Positions 9,802 to 19,004 of a stretch of DNA of 64,000 bases are shown here, one piece after another (position 1 is the first letter of the stretch; each line of letters opens with the position of its first letter). The position numbers were made by a program, and so were the translations under genes. Location of the stretch: IMG/VR virus record IMGVR_UViG_2939319381_000001, positions 1 to 64,000 of that record; one strand, 5' to 3'. Source of the DNA: a virus. Lineage: Duplodnaviria; Caudoviricetes. A model generated the notes under the pieces. That model was not told the DNA's origin and made no database searches. It worked only from the letters and a program-made list of their open reading frames with translations.

Positions 9802-10406
9802 CCCGCCAGACCTCCGCCCCGTTCGATCACGTCAGCCTCAACCCGTCCTTCCAGTCGGCCCGCTGGCTGGCCCGGCGCGTAGTAGAAGGCGAGATCGACG
9901 CGAACCCGCCCTATCAGCGGGGCCAGGTCTGGAGCGGCGAGCAGCGCCTCGCACTCGTCCAGACCTGGCTGCGCGGCCTGCCCGCTGGCGTCGTCATCCT
10001 CGCCGACCGCTGCAACGCCAAGTGGGGGGCCGCCAACCCGGGTGCCGACCCCTACGACACGGGTACCGGACTGTGGGCCGTGGTGGACGGCAAGCAGCGC
10101 CTGACCACAGCCGTCATGTGGTTCGGCAGCGAGTTCGCCATCCCGGCTTCCTGGCTGCCCGCCGACCACGTGGACGTCACCGAGGACACCGACGACGGCC
10201 CCTACGTCCGGCATAGCGGACTGACGCTGAAGGGCCAGCGGTTCATGGAGCGGTACTGCTCCCTCCTCGTCGCCGAGACCAAGGACTGCGCCACCGAGTC
10301 CGATGAGGCCGCTTTCTACCTCTTGGTCAACGGCGGCGGCACACCGCAGACCGACACCGACATGAACAACGCCGCCCGGATCGCCGGTGGAGAGGAAACC
10401 CGATGA
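9798..10406 (+). CDS. DUF262 (GmrSD N-terminal, ParB/Srx-like) domain protein
   Basis: NPPYQRGQVW, VVDGKQRLTT and F..VNGGGTP motifs. Confidence 0.85.
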   Translation: MTRQTSAPFDHVSLNPSFQSARWLARRVVEGEIDANPPYQRGQVWSGEQRLALVQTWLRGLPAGVVILADRCNAKWGAANPGADPYDTGTGLWAVVDGKQRLTTAVMWFGSEFAIPASWLPADHVDVTEDTDDGPYVRHSGLTLKGQRFMERYCSLLVAETKDCATESDEAAFYLLVNGGGTPQTDTDMNNAARIAGGEETR

Positions 10407-10882
10407 CCAACACCCCGATGACCCCGGACATGGCCCTGGCCCGTCTCCGCCACTACGGGGAGTCCACCTCGACCTGGTCGACCGCCACGTACAACGACGG
10501 CAGGGAGAAGGCCCTGCACCAGATCGCGGTGAGCCTCGCCGCCGAGGTCGAGCTACTGCGGGCTCGACCGGTCGAGGCGCACGTCCTACGCGGCACGGCA
10601 TTCGCCTTGGAGGACGACCACCCCGATGCCGCCGCTGTGGTGCTGGAGCTGGCGAACCAGGCCGAGCGTGCTGCGGCTGCCCGTCCGTGGACAACAGGCG
10701 GCGACCAGCAGGCCAAGGACGCCCCGCGTGACCTCCGCCCGGGCGCCTGCGACGCGTGCGGCGCCATTCCGGACGAGTGGTGCCCGGACTGCGCGGCCTG
10801 CCACCAGGGCTGCCACGGCGGACACGACAACAACCCCTGCGCCCACCCCAACGCCTGCTGGAACACGGAGCCCACCTCGTGA
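10403..10882 (+). CDS. hypothetical protein with Cys-rich C-terminus
   Basis: GAGG RBS; ATGA coupling. Confidence 0.55.
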   Translation: MTNTPMTPDMALARLRHYGESTSTWSTATYNDGREKALHQIAVSLAAEVELLRARPVEAHVLRGTAFALEDDHPDAAAVVLELANQAERAAAARPWTTGGDQQAKDAPRDLRPGACDACGAIPDEWCPDCAACHQGCHGGHDNNPCAHPNACWNTEPTS

Positions 10883-11061
10883 AGGTCGTCCGCCACCACG
10901 TCGCCCCGTCCCCGTTCGGTTGCCGGTGGTGCGGTGAGCAGGCCGGAAGCCACGGCCACCGGTACGTCAACTCCCGGGGCATGCACGCCTGGGAGCAGCC
11001 CACCAACGCCCAACGCCTCGCCCGCATGCGCGCCCGCCGCGCCAACCGCAAGGAGAACTGA
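10879..11061 (+). CDS. small zinc-binding hypothetical protein (GCRWCG...H...H.W)
   Basis: GTGA coupling; Cys/His motif. Confidence 0.55.
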   Translation: MKVVRHHVAPSPFGCRWCGEQAGSHGHRYVNSRGMHAWEQPTNAQRLARMRARRANRKEN

Positions 11062-11063
11062 CC

Positions 11064-11264
11064 GTGGCCAGTCTCGGCTACGCCACCATCCGTGCCCTGC
11101 TCTCCGAGCACCACCAGAACGAGGACGACGAGATCGTGGCCCGCCCCGGAGGTGGCTGGCTCATCATCACCGCCAGCCACGTCCTGCCCGATGGGCGGAT
11201 GGACAAGGAGGCGGACACCTCGGACTGCCTCGCCATGTACAACACCGACCAGAAGGAGAACTGA
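11064..11264 (+). CDS. hypothetical protein
   Basis: AAGGAG RBS; flanked by a 14-bp direct repeat. Confidence 0.55.
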   Translation: MASLGYATIRALLSEHHQNEDDEIVARPGGGWLIITASHVLPDGRMDKEADTSDCLAMYNTDQKEN

Positions 11265-11266
11265 CC

Positions 11267-11668
11267 ATGCCGTACCCGCAGTACCTCACCGCCGAAGAGA
11301 AGCTCGAACAGGGCAAGGAGGCCCTCAAAATTCCCCGCATCGTCGTCATCTGTGGCAGCACCCGGTTCATGGCCGACATGCACGAGGCGAACCTTCGGGA
11401 GACGGCGGCCGGCCACATCGTTGTGGCGCCGGGCTGCAACATGAAGGAGCCCCACGCCCTGTGGGCCACGGAGGAGCAGGCCGAGCCGCTCAAGGCCCGC
11501 CTGGACGACCTGCACCGGGCGAAGATCCGCCTCGCAGACGAGGTCCTCGTGGTCGGGGACTACATCGGCGACAGCACCCGCGCGGAGATCCGGTACGCGG
11601 CGTCGCTGGGCAAGTCGATCCGCTACACCCACCCCGAGGCCAACCCGCTGCTGGACGGTGCCGCATGA
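11267..11668 (+). CDS. nucleoside 2-deoxyribosyltransferase-like (flavodoxin-fold) phage protein
   Basis: VVICGSTRF, HRAKIRLADEVLVV and YIGDSTRAEIRYA motifs. Confidence 0.7.
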   Translation: MPYPQYLTAEEKLEQGKEALKIPRIVVICGSTRFMADMHEANLRETAAGHIVVAPGCNMKEPHALWATEEQAEPLKARLDDLHRAKIRLADEVLVVGDYIGDSTRAEIRYAASLGKSIRYTHPEANPLLDGAA

Positions 11669-11916
11669 CTGGCCCCGAGCATTACCAGGAAGCCGAGCGA
11701 ATTCTTGCTGGGGCAGAGGACTTCGAGAGCGCCCCGCCCATCAGCGGCATGACCCGTGCCGAATGCGTGGTCGTCGCCCAGGCGCACGCGACGCTGGCCC
11801 TCGCGGCGGTCACCGCCCACCACATGGTCGCGACGACCGGCAACGACCGCGACGAGTGGAGCGAGGCCATCCACGGGCCCGCCGAGGACTACGACGTCAA
11901 GGACTCCCTCGGATGA
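11665..11916 (+). CDS. hypothetical phage protein (MTGPEHYQEAERIL...AQAHATLALA)
   Basis: Recurrent actinophage small-protein motif. Confidence 0.65.
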   Translation: MTGPEHYQEAERILAGAEDFESAPPISGMTRAECVVVAQAHATLALAAVTAHHMVATTGNDRDEWSEAIHGPAEDYDVKDSLG

Positions 11917-12197
11917 GCGCCCGTGCCGCCGTGTTGGCGTTCCTCCAGAAGGCCGGGCTCAGCACACCCCGCGCGAACGCCCGCATCGACCAGCTGCTCC
12001 AGGAGCACGCGCAAGGGCTGAGGGAGCGCCTTGCGTTGGTCGAGGCGCTGGTGTCCGACTTCGTCGACCCCGACCCGTGCTGGTTCGACCACCACGGCTA
12101 CTGCCAGGCGCACGGCTGGGTCGGCACCGATCCGGGGTGCCCGCACGGTCGGGCGAAGGCCCTCGGCCTGGAGGAGACGGAAGAGGACGGCTCGTGA
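11913..12197 (+). CDS. hypothetical protein (CWFDHHGYCQAH)
   Basis: ATGA coupling; Cys/His motif. Confidence 0.6.
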   Translation: MSARAAVLAFLQKAGLSTPRANARIDQLLQEHAQGLRERLALVEALVSDFVDPDPCWFDHHGYCQAHGWVGTDPGCPHGRAKALGLEETEEDGS

Positions 12198-12577
12198 CCG
12201 CCCCCGCCCAGGTGGGCCCGTCACCTTCGGGTGGCGGGCCCACGGCCTCTCTCACCCCCAACGAGCTCGCCGTCCTTCAGCGGGCCGCCCAGGGCGAGAC
12301 GTACGCCCAGATCGCCCACCACCTCGGGTACGTCGAGAAGTCGGTGAACAAGATGGCGTACCGCCTGGCCCGGAAGCTCGGCGCTGCCAACATCACGCAC
12401 GCCGTGTTCCTGGCCTGCCGGGCGGGGGTGTTGGACGGGCGGCCGCGCCGGCACGGGGACCATGCGGGGTTCGCCGCCCATGTGTATCGGGGTGAGGAGC
12501 CGTGCGAGGCGTGCCAGGTGGGGGAGCGGGCGTACCGGACGGAGCGCCGTGAGGCCCGGAAGGTCAACGCAGCGTAG
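12194..12577 (+). CDS. LuxR-type HTH regulator with C-terminal HG...EEPCEAC zinc motif
   Basis: LTPNELAVLQRAAQGETYAQIA...KLGA. Confidence 0.8.
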   Translation: MTAPAQVGPSPSGGGPTASLTPNELAVLQRAAQGETYAQIAHHLGYVEKSVNKMAYRLARKLGAANITHAVFLACRAGVLDGRPRRHGDHAGFAAHVYRGEEPCEACQVGERAYRTERREARKVNAA

Positions 12578-12736
12578 CCGGGCCCGTTCCGGTCTCGCCG
12601 TCGGCGCCCACCGGTCACCCTCAAGATTTCGGACATCTTAGACACGCCCGCCGGACGGAGACCCTCACCCCCTCGAATCACCTCCGCCCGGCCCTTGCTC
12701 GCCCGTAACCCACCGTCACGCCCCCTTGGAGTCCCT

Positions 12737-13114
12737 GTGATCCGCAAGCACCTGCCCGACATCATCTACGTCGTCATCCTCGTCGCCCTCGCCCTGCCGT
12801 ACGGGGTGTTCGTCGGCACGGTCCGCGCCCCGCTGTGGCTGTCTCTGGTCCTGTGCGCGGTCACGGGCATCGTCATAGCCATCGCGGTGGACCCGCTGGC
12901 CCGGAGCATCGTGCGCCGCCTGGACGACCGTGCGCGGGTGCGGGGCTACGGCTGGGCCGTAGCCAACGCCCCCGTCTGCGCGCACTGCCAGACGCCGATC
13001 CTCGCCATGTCCGTCACCGTCCCCTCGACTGTGGACGGGGTGGCGCGGAGCTGGCACCTGGACGCCGACCACCTGCAGTGCAGAGAGGCCTACGCCGCCG
13101 ACCGCGCGGCGTGA
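12737..13114 (+). CDS. membrane protein with CxxC motif
   Basis: Two hydrophobic helices. Confidence 0.5.
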   Translation: MIRKHLPDIIYVVILVALALPYGVFVGTVRAPLWLSLVLCAVTGIVIAIAVDPLARSIVRRLDDRARVRGYGWAVANAPVCAHCQTPILAMSVTVPSTVDGVARSWHLDADHLQCREAYAADRAA

Positions 13115-13514
13115 CACCCCCATCTCCTTGGAGCAATCGTGAAGTACCTCCTCAAGTACCTGCCGAGCATCGTGTTCATCGTTGTGCTGGCCATCGCCCT
13201 CTGGGTTGTCCGCGTTCCGATCTGGGCCGCGATCGGCTTGAGCGCCAGCGCTGGGCTCGCGGTCGTCGGGATCCAGGCGTGGGCCAGCAGAGGCGGCCCC
13301 CGGTGACCGCCCGGCGCGGCCGGTGCCGGTACTGCAAGCGCCACATAGCCATCGGCGCCACCGGCCGGCTGTGGGACCACGGCTCCAACGGCGGCTGCCC
13401 CGGCGCCCACAACTTCCCCGCTGGCACCCGACACCACTGGCCGACCCGCCACAACGGGCAGCCCGTCACCACCATCCCCGGACCCGACACCTGGAACCCC
13501 AAGGAGACCGCAGC

Positions 13515-13820
13515 ATGACCCAGCAGCCCGCTCCGCCCCGCACACACGACTTCGGCCCTGGCCGCCGCTGCTGGGGGCACGACTACACCATCACCCGGCG
13601 CGGCGAAGGCAACCTCACCGTAGAGGCCTCCGGGTGGGGTCACGACGGAGCCATGATCCAGGAGGGCGACTACCTGCTCCTCCAGGGCGGACAGCGGTGC
13701 ACCCGCTACCAGGTCACGAAGATCCACCGGGTGATGGACCCGCCCGACATGTGGCACGCCGAGCTGGCTTTCGCGCCTCGTACGTACGCCACCCAGGAAG
13801 AGAAGGACGCCGCCCGATGA
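13515..13820 (+). CDS. hypothetical phage protein
   Basis: AAGGAG RBS; WGHDY...GDYLLL...DPPDMW motif. Confidence 0.6.
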   Translation: MTQQPAPPRTHDFGPGRRCWGHDYTITRRGEGNLTVEASGWGHDGAMIQEGDYLLLQGGQRCTRYQVTKIHRVMDPPDMWHAELAFAPRTYATQEEKDAAR

Positions 13821-14458
13821 CCGAGAGGACGCCCGCTGAGTTGCGGGAGCAGCGTGCCCGGTTGATCGCGTCGACCGGGCTCACCGAAACCGTCCTCCGT
13901 GAGCGGGCCGAAGCGTTCCAGCTGTACCCCGAGCACCACGACATCTGGGCCACGGTCGAGGGCATCGACTACCTCCTCAGTGACACTCCGGACGAAGCGC
14001 CGTCGCCATGGCCTCGGCCGACGGTCTGCGTCCACGACGGTGCATTCTCTATGGCCACCATCCATCCGGACGGGCGCTTGACGTACGGGGAGGGGTACGA
14101 GCCGGACGAGGCGGCACAGCAGTTCTGGGCTGCGTTGCAGCGGTGGGCCCCGCAAACGTTCCGCGCGTCCCAGGCCGAGGAGACGCTGCGGATGCTGGCC
14201 CCGATGTTCGAGGGCCTGCAGCGCCTCCTGGCGACCAGTTCCCGGGACTGGGGCGAGTACCGGGTCGACGCCTGGCTGTGGGCGGTGCTGCTCGGCTGGG
14301 ACTGCGAAGAGGACGTCCACGGCGAGACGTGCGTCCACGGAACGATGGCGGAGATGCAGCAGGCGCACGGCTGGGACGACGCCGCGGTTGCGAAGGCACG
14401 TCGGTACCGGTCTGCGGTGCGCGCGGTCGAGGCGTTCAACGGGGAGGCTGGCCGGTGA
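13817..14458 (+). CDS. hypothetical protein
   Basis: ATGA coupling; protein-like composition. Confidence 0.55.
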   Translation: MTERTPAELREQRARLIASTGLTETVLRERAEAFQLYPEHHDIWATVEGIDYLLSDTPDEAPSPWPRPTVCVHDGAFSMATIHPDGRLTYGEGYEPDEAAQQFWAALQRWAPQTFRASQAEETLRMLAPMFEGLQRLLATSSRDWGEYRVDAWLWAVLLGWDCEEDVHGETCVHGTMAEMQQAHGWDDAAVAKARRYRSAVRAVEAFNGEAGR

Positions 14459-15123
14459 GCGCCCGGAACAGTGCGGCCGCCCAGGCCGCCGTCCTGCGCG
14501 CCCGGGCGCGTCGTGGGGTGTGGCAGCGTCTCCTGGCCGTCCTCGGGGTCCGTACGGGCCGTGTGCGGCGTGCTGACGCGGTCGCAGCCCGGTGGGAGCA
14601 TGGTGCTGCCGGGGAAGCCGCCACGGCCCGTCTGGTGGCTGCCCTGGGGGCGCAGGGGTGGGTGATACGGCACGACCTGCGGATGCCCGGCTCCAGGGCC
14701 AACCTCGACCACCTCCTCGTGTCCCCGTGCGGGACGGCGGTCGTGGTGCTGGACTCGAAGCACTGGCACCGCGGGCGCACCACCACGATGGTCGGCGGCC
14801 GGGTGCACTGCGGTACGGACGACCGGCAGGCCCAGGTCGACGCCGTTGCGTCGTACGCGCGCCGTGTCTTTCGCGCGCTGGGCCTGCCGGGGGTGGTGGT
14901 GTGGCCGCTCCTCGTCATCCACGGCTCTCCGATTGCTGGTGGCCGGCTGGAGGCGTCGGCGCCGGACTGGGACGGGGTCGTGCACGTCCTCGGCCCGGCC
15001 CGCCTGGTGCCGACACTGGCGGCCGCCCCGAAGCTGCACGACCCTGCCCGGGTGGCCGCCGTTGTGGCCAGGGTGGACCGGGTGTTGCTGCCGTACGTGC
15101 CGGGCCCTCGCCGCGTACGGTGA
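14455..15123 (+). CDS. NERD (nuclease-related domain) protein
   Basis: GAAGE...GWVIRHDL...ANLDHLLV...VLDSKHW. Confidence 0.88.
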   Translation: MSARNSAAAQAAVLRARARRGVWQRLLAVLGVRTGRVRRADAVAARWEHGAAGEAATARLVAALGAQGWVIRHDLRMPGSRANLDHLLVSPCGTAVVVLDSKHWHRGRTTTMVGGRVHCGTDDRQAQVDAVASYARRVFRALGLPGVVVWPLLVIHGSPIAGGRLEASAPDWDGVVHVLGPARLVPTLAAAPKLHDPARVAAVVARVDRVLLPYVPGPRRVR

Positions 15124-15361
15124 CCGTGAGGGTGCCGCACAGCACCGTGGCCCACTGCCCTACCTCCGGGGTAGTGGGCCACTCTTCTGCGTTCCGGGCC
15201 CCTCCGCGGATCACCGTCATACCGGTCGTACGCTGGGAGGATGAGCACCCAGACCGGCCCGTGCGCCACCTGCCAGCAGCCCACCCACCGGTACGGGCTG
15301 GGCGGGAACCCGCTGTGCGCGAAGTGCCGGGCGCTGCTCCCCACCGCGAAGAAGCCGGCCG

Positions 15362-15733
15362 GTGCCTGATCTGAGCGACGGCGACGAGCTGGCGGAGACC
15401 CCGGGGTACCGGGAGCCGACACCGCTCGAGAAGAACCGGGCCCTGGAGGAGTGGCTGCGCTGGCAGCTCGGGCAGGTCCAGGGCCGGATCCGGGATCTGG
15501 AAGCGCAGGAGGTGGAGGATCGGCGGCGCCGCCAGCAGGCGTACGCCGGGCTCCACTGGAAGATCCAACCCCAGCGGTCGAACGAGGTGGCGCTCCTCCA
15601 CCGCGGGGACTGCGGGACGTACCCGGTGCAGAGCGGGTTCATCGGCGAGAAGGACGCACTGATCGCGTTGTCGATGCCGGAGGTCGAGACGTGCCCGATC
15701 TGCCGGCCGGAGACCGGGCTCACCCAGGGGTAG
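15362..15733 (+). CDS. DUF6233-like protein
   Basis: Coiled coil followed by LLHRGDC...CPICRPET. Confidence 0.7.
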   Translation: MPDLSDGDELAETPGYREPTPLEKNRALEEWLRWQLGQVQGRIRDLEAQEVEDRRRRQQAYAGLHWKIQPQRSNEVALLHRGDCGTYPVQSGFIGEKDALIALSMPEVETCPICRPETGLTQG

Positions 15734-15818
15734 GCGTGGCGGCCGCCATCGCGGCGGACGTCGGATTGTCGACCGCCCGGATCTACCAGATTCTGGGTAG
15801 GCGGCGCTGATCAGTCCG

Positions 15819-15866
15819 GGACGCAGAGATACCCCCCCAGGCACGGGTGGGGGTATCTCTGCGTCC
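15819..15866. terminator. bidirectional terminator where the rightward and leftward arms converge
   Basis: Perfect 18-bp inverted repeat GGACGCAGAGATACCCCC / GGGGGTATCTCTGCGTCC. Confidence 0.8.
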
Positions 15867-15870
15867 GGGG

Positions 15871-16143
15871 TCAGCCGACCCGGACCTCGATCTCATCGGC
15901 TTCGGCCCGCGCAGGCACCCGGTACACAACGCTGAGCACCGCGTGGGCAGGGATCAGGAACGCGTCGTACTCGCCGCCCTGGTCCCGCTGGTCGGCCGGT
16001 CGGGGGTCGACGTGGAGGAAGCCGCCCTCGACCGCGACCCGTACGTTATGCAGGCGGTCCAGCAGCTGGCTGGAGGCGTTGGGGTTCGGGATCAGCTTGC
16101 CGTCGAGGTCCAGCAGGGTGACGGTGCGCCAGTTCAGTGCCAT
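15871..16143 (-). CDS. hypothetical protein
   Basis: AAGGA RBS; beta-rich small protein. Confidence 0.55.
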   Translation of the reverse strand: MALNWRTVTLLDLDGKLIPNPNASSQLLDRLHNVRVAVEGGFLHVDPRPADQRDQGGEYDAFLIPAHAVLSVVYRVPARAEADEIEVRVG

Positions 16144-16246
16144 GGGAAGGGTCCTTGCGTCGCTCGGGTGGGCCGGTGGTGGCATCGGCTTCGAGGCGGG
16201 ACCACCACCGGGTGTACAGCCTGGCACGAGGCACTGACACTGCGGG

Positions 16247-16537
16247 CTACGCCCGGGAGAAGGCCACCATCTGCCAGCCCGAAGCCTCGTCCAGTTCCCC
16301 GAGCTCCAGGGTGTACTGGTGCCGCATCGCGATGAGGTCGATCTGCTTGAGGTACTGGGCGTTGACGTAGCGCGCCGCAGGGACAGCGTTCAGGGCGGAG
16401 GCCAGGGACAGCTCCTGGTCGATGGCGCCGCACGTGTATCCGGCGACGAACGCCGCGTCGTCGAAGGGGCCGCCCTGCGACTGCACCAGCACCATCGGCA
16501 TGGCCAGCTCGTACTCGGTGTCCTGCTCGTCGCTCAT
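16247..16537 (-). CDS. hypothetical phage protein (GGPFDDAAFVAGY)
   Basis: GGAG RBS; coupled to the upstream ORF. Confidence 0.65.
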   Translation of the reverse strand: MSDEQDTEYELAMPMVLVQSQGGPFDDAAFVAGYTCGAIDQELSLASALNAVPAARYVNAQYLKQIDLIAMRHQYTLELGELDEASGWQMVAFSRA

Positions 16538-17103
16538 GCTTCTCCGCCTTGTAGTTCTGCGAGCCGCGCCGCGCCCTTGTCAGTGAGCCAGCTGGTGCGG
16601 AGGCTGACCCCGCAGTCCAGGTGCCCGCGGTCGTCTTCCCGGACGTACGCGGCGTTGACGACGTTCTCCGGGTAGACCGTGCACAGCGTCCACCACGCCC
16701 CCAGAAGAGCGCCTCTGTAATCGCCGGGCGTGACAGGGCGGCCGCGGTGGTCGTGGATGGCTTGGAGTAGAGCGAGGGTGGTGATGTCGGCGCGCTTCGG
16801 TGCCGGGGGCGCGGTACGCAGGGGGACGTGGCGTACCGCCTTGGCGGCCTGGTTGGGCTGGTCCGGGTCGACGTACCGGTGCCCGTCGGCGTTGCGGAGG
16901 AACTCGGTGTACTCGATCAGCTGGGTGCCGTCGGGATCGGTGACGATGCTGATCGGGTCGAGGGCAACGTCCTTGGGGTCGATTCCGTGCTCGCGCACCC
17001 ACGCCTGGAGCTTGGTGTTGCGTGGGGTGCCGAGCAGGTAGGGCCAGGTCTCCGGGGTGGCGAGGAGAACCCGGGTGTCGGCGGTCTCCGGTGTGGCGGT
17101 CAC
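16534..17103 (-). CDS. hypothetical protein
   Basis: GGAGG RBS and GTG start; C-terminal CGVSLRTSWLTDKG. Confidence 0.55.
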   Translation of the reverse strand: MTATPETADTRVLLATPETWPYLLGTPRNTKLQAWVREHGIDPKDVALDPISIVTDPDGTQLIEYTEFLRNADGHRYVDPDQPNQAAKAVRHVPLRTAPPAPKRADITTLALLQAIHDHRGRPVTPGDYRGALLGAWWTLCTVYPENVVNAAYVREDDRGHLDCGVSLRTSWLTDKGAARLAELQGGEA

Positions 17104-17597
17104 GCCCCCTCCCCTTCGCCCGGCTGCGGCACGCTCTTGGAGTGGTGGAGTGGGGTGGTGGCGATGTCGCCGGCGGCCTGCTGCTCGGACAGGAGGTAGT
17201 ACGTCTTCCCGCCGTCCGTGGAGAACGCCTCGCCGTTGCGGTTGGACTGCCACAAGGGGAGGGGGGTCATGCCTTCGGCGTGCCGGTCGATCCACTCTGC
17301 GGGGTCGTCGGTGAGGTCGGTGAGGGGCTGGAACCGCAGGAGGCGCTCCAGGTACTGGGCGCCTGCGTGGGCGCTACTTCCGCTGTGGCCCATGTCGGCG
17401 AAGGCTTGGACGACTTTGCAGAGGCCGCGGATGGTGTCGCGGTCTTCGCCGAGGATGCGGAGTTCGCGGCGGGCGTGGGCGACGAGGTTGGACTCGACGG
17501 CCCGCGGAGCGGCGCTGCGGCGTCGGGGCGGGCCGGGGGTCGGTTCGAGGGCTCCGGGGATGGCGGGGGCGTCGTTGTTGCTGAGGGAAGGGCTCAT
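17100..17597 (-). CDS. conserved phage protein of unknown function (GHSGSSA...PLTDLT...EW)
   Basis: Motif string typical of a widespread phage family. Confidence 0.65.
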   Translation of the reverse strand: MSPSLSNNDAPAIPGALEPTPGPPRRRSAAPRAVESNLVAHARRELRILGEDRDTIRGLCKVVQAFADMGHSGSSAHAGAQYLERLLRFQPLTDLTDDPAEWIDRHAEGMTPLPLWQSNRNGEAFSTDGGKTYYLLSEQQAAGDIATTPLHHSKSVPQPGEGEGA

Positions 17598-17673
17598 ACG
17601 TCCATGCTGTGCCCGCCAGCCCGGTTTGTTGCCCCCGGTCGGGTGCGGGCCGACGCGGGGGCGCAGGGGCGGG

Positions 17674-18723
17674 TCAGGCGTGCCAGGTTCCGCGGATCGC
17701 GGCGGTGGTGAAGCCGGGCCCGTAGGCGACCATGACGCCGCGGGCACCAGCGGTGGGCGGTTCGGTGTACGTCCGCTCCAGGATCCGCAGCACCGACGGC
17801 CCGCCGAGGTTGCCCTCCTGCTCCAGGGTGTCGGTGCTGTGCCGGGTGTCGTGGGCGTCGAGACCGAGCGCGCGGGCGGTGTCGTTGATGATGCGCTGCG
17901 ACCCAGGGTGGATGACCCCGAAGTCCACCAGGTCCGACCCGAGCCACTTCATGAGGTCGGGGAGGACGTCGTCGGCCGCGGTCAAGGCCTGCTTGGTGGA
18001 GTCGAAGTGGAAGCCGGCGTGGTCGACGCGCCCGTTGTAGCGGGTGAGGCTGTCCGGGAGGACGTGCTCGTACGTGTCCGCGGGGGAGCCGACACGGAGG
18101 CCGGGGCCGAGGGGCTGGGCGGTGACGATGGTCGCGGCCGCGCTGTCCCCGAAGAGGGCCTTGTAGATCATGTGCTCAACGGCGTCGTCGGCGTGGTTGT
18201 AGATCGCGCTGATGGTTTCCGCGGCGACGACGAGGACGCGGGCGTCGGGCCGGGCGGTGACCATGTCGACGGCGCGGATCAGGGCTTGGGTGCCGCCGGC
18301 GCAGGCCAGGGTGGTGAGGGCGACACGCCGTACGTCCGCGCGGAGCCCGAGGCGCTCCACCAGGTGGATGTCGAGGTTGGGGACGGCCCAGCCGGTGGAG
18401 TGGGTGGTGATGATGGCGTCCACGTCGGCGGGCTCGAGGTGGTGGTGGGCCAGGGTTCGGTGGGCTGCTTCGGTGGCGAGGTTGAGGGCGTCGCCGAACG
18501 CGGCTGCGGACCGGTCATCGATGCCGGCGTCTCCGGAGACGGTGGGGGCGTCCAGGGGCCGGGTGAAGTAGCGCGTCTTCACTCCGGTGTTGGCGACGAT
18601 GCGGAGGATCGCGCCGAGCTTGGGGTGAGCAGCGTGGTGGTGGCGGATGTCGTCGGCGATCTGGGTGGTGGTGACCTGGTGGGTGGGGAACACGGTGGCG
18701 GGGCGGTGTATGTAGGCGGGCAC
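17674..18723 (-). CDS. type III polyketide synthase (chalcone-synthase superfamily; germicidin/violapyrone synthase-like)
   Basis: Intact triad C141 (LACAGG), H272 (IHPGS), N305 (GNLGG); ALFGD gatekeeper; YGPGF loop; GGAGG RBS. Confidence 0.95.
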   Translation of the reverse strand: MPAYIHRPATVFPTHQVTTTQIADDIRHHHAAHPKLGAILRIVANTGVKTRYFTRPLDAPTVSGDAGIDDRSAAAFGDALNLATEAAHRTLAHHHLEPADVDAIITTHSTGWAVPNLDIHLVERLGLRADVRRVALTTLACAGGTQALIRAVDMVTARPDARVLVVAAETISAIYNHADDAVEHMIYKALFGDSAAATIVTAQPLGPGLRVGSPADTYEHVLPDSLTRYNGRVDHAGFHFDSTKQALTAADDVLPDLMKWLGSDLVDFGVIHPGSQRIINDTARALGLDAHDTRHSTDTLEQEGNLGGPSVLRILERTYTEPPTAGARGVMVAYGPGFTTAAIRGTWHA

Positions 18724-19004
18724 GACATCCTCCGGCAGGCCTGGGCGGCTGGTTCCGCCAACCTAAGGCACACCGTGCGGGGTATTGCCCCTGATCAGAG
18801 GCCTGAAATACGGGGCGTACGGTCGGTTTCCGTTTGCTGGGGCGGGTGTGACCGGTGGTACGTGTGGGGTGGTTCCTGCGGTTCCAAGGCCCGGTTTCGG
18901 GCGCGGGCGGGCATGGCCTGGCGTGGTGGCGGACGCATGGGTGAGGCCACCTGCGCGATGGGGGAGGGGCGTGCAGGTGGCCTCAGTCGATGGGTGTCGG
19001 TTTG

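Noticed and set aside
15736-15810. HTH-like peptide AIAADVGLSTARIYQILGRRR
   Set aside because: Only about 24 codons with no clear RBS; at most a gene remnant
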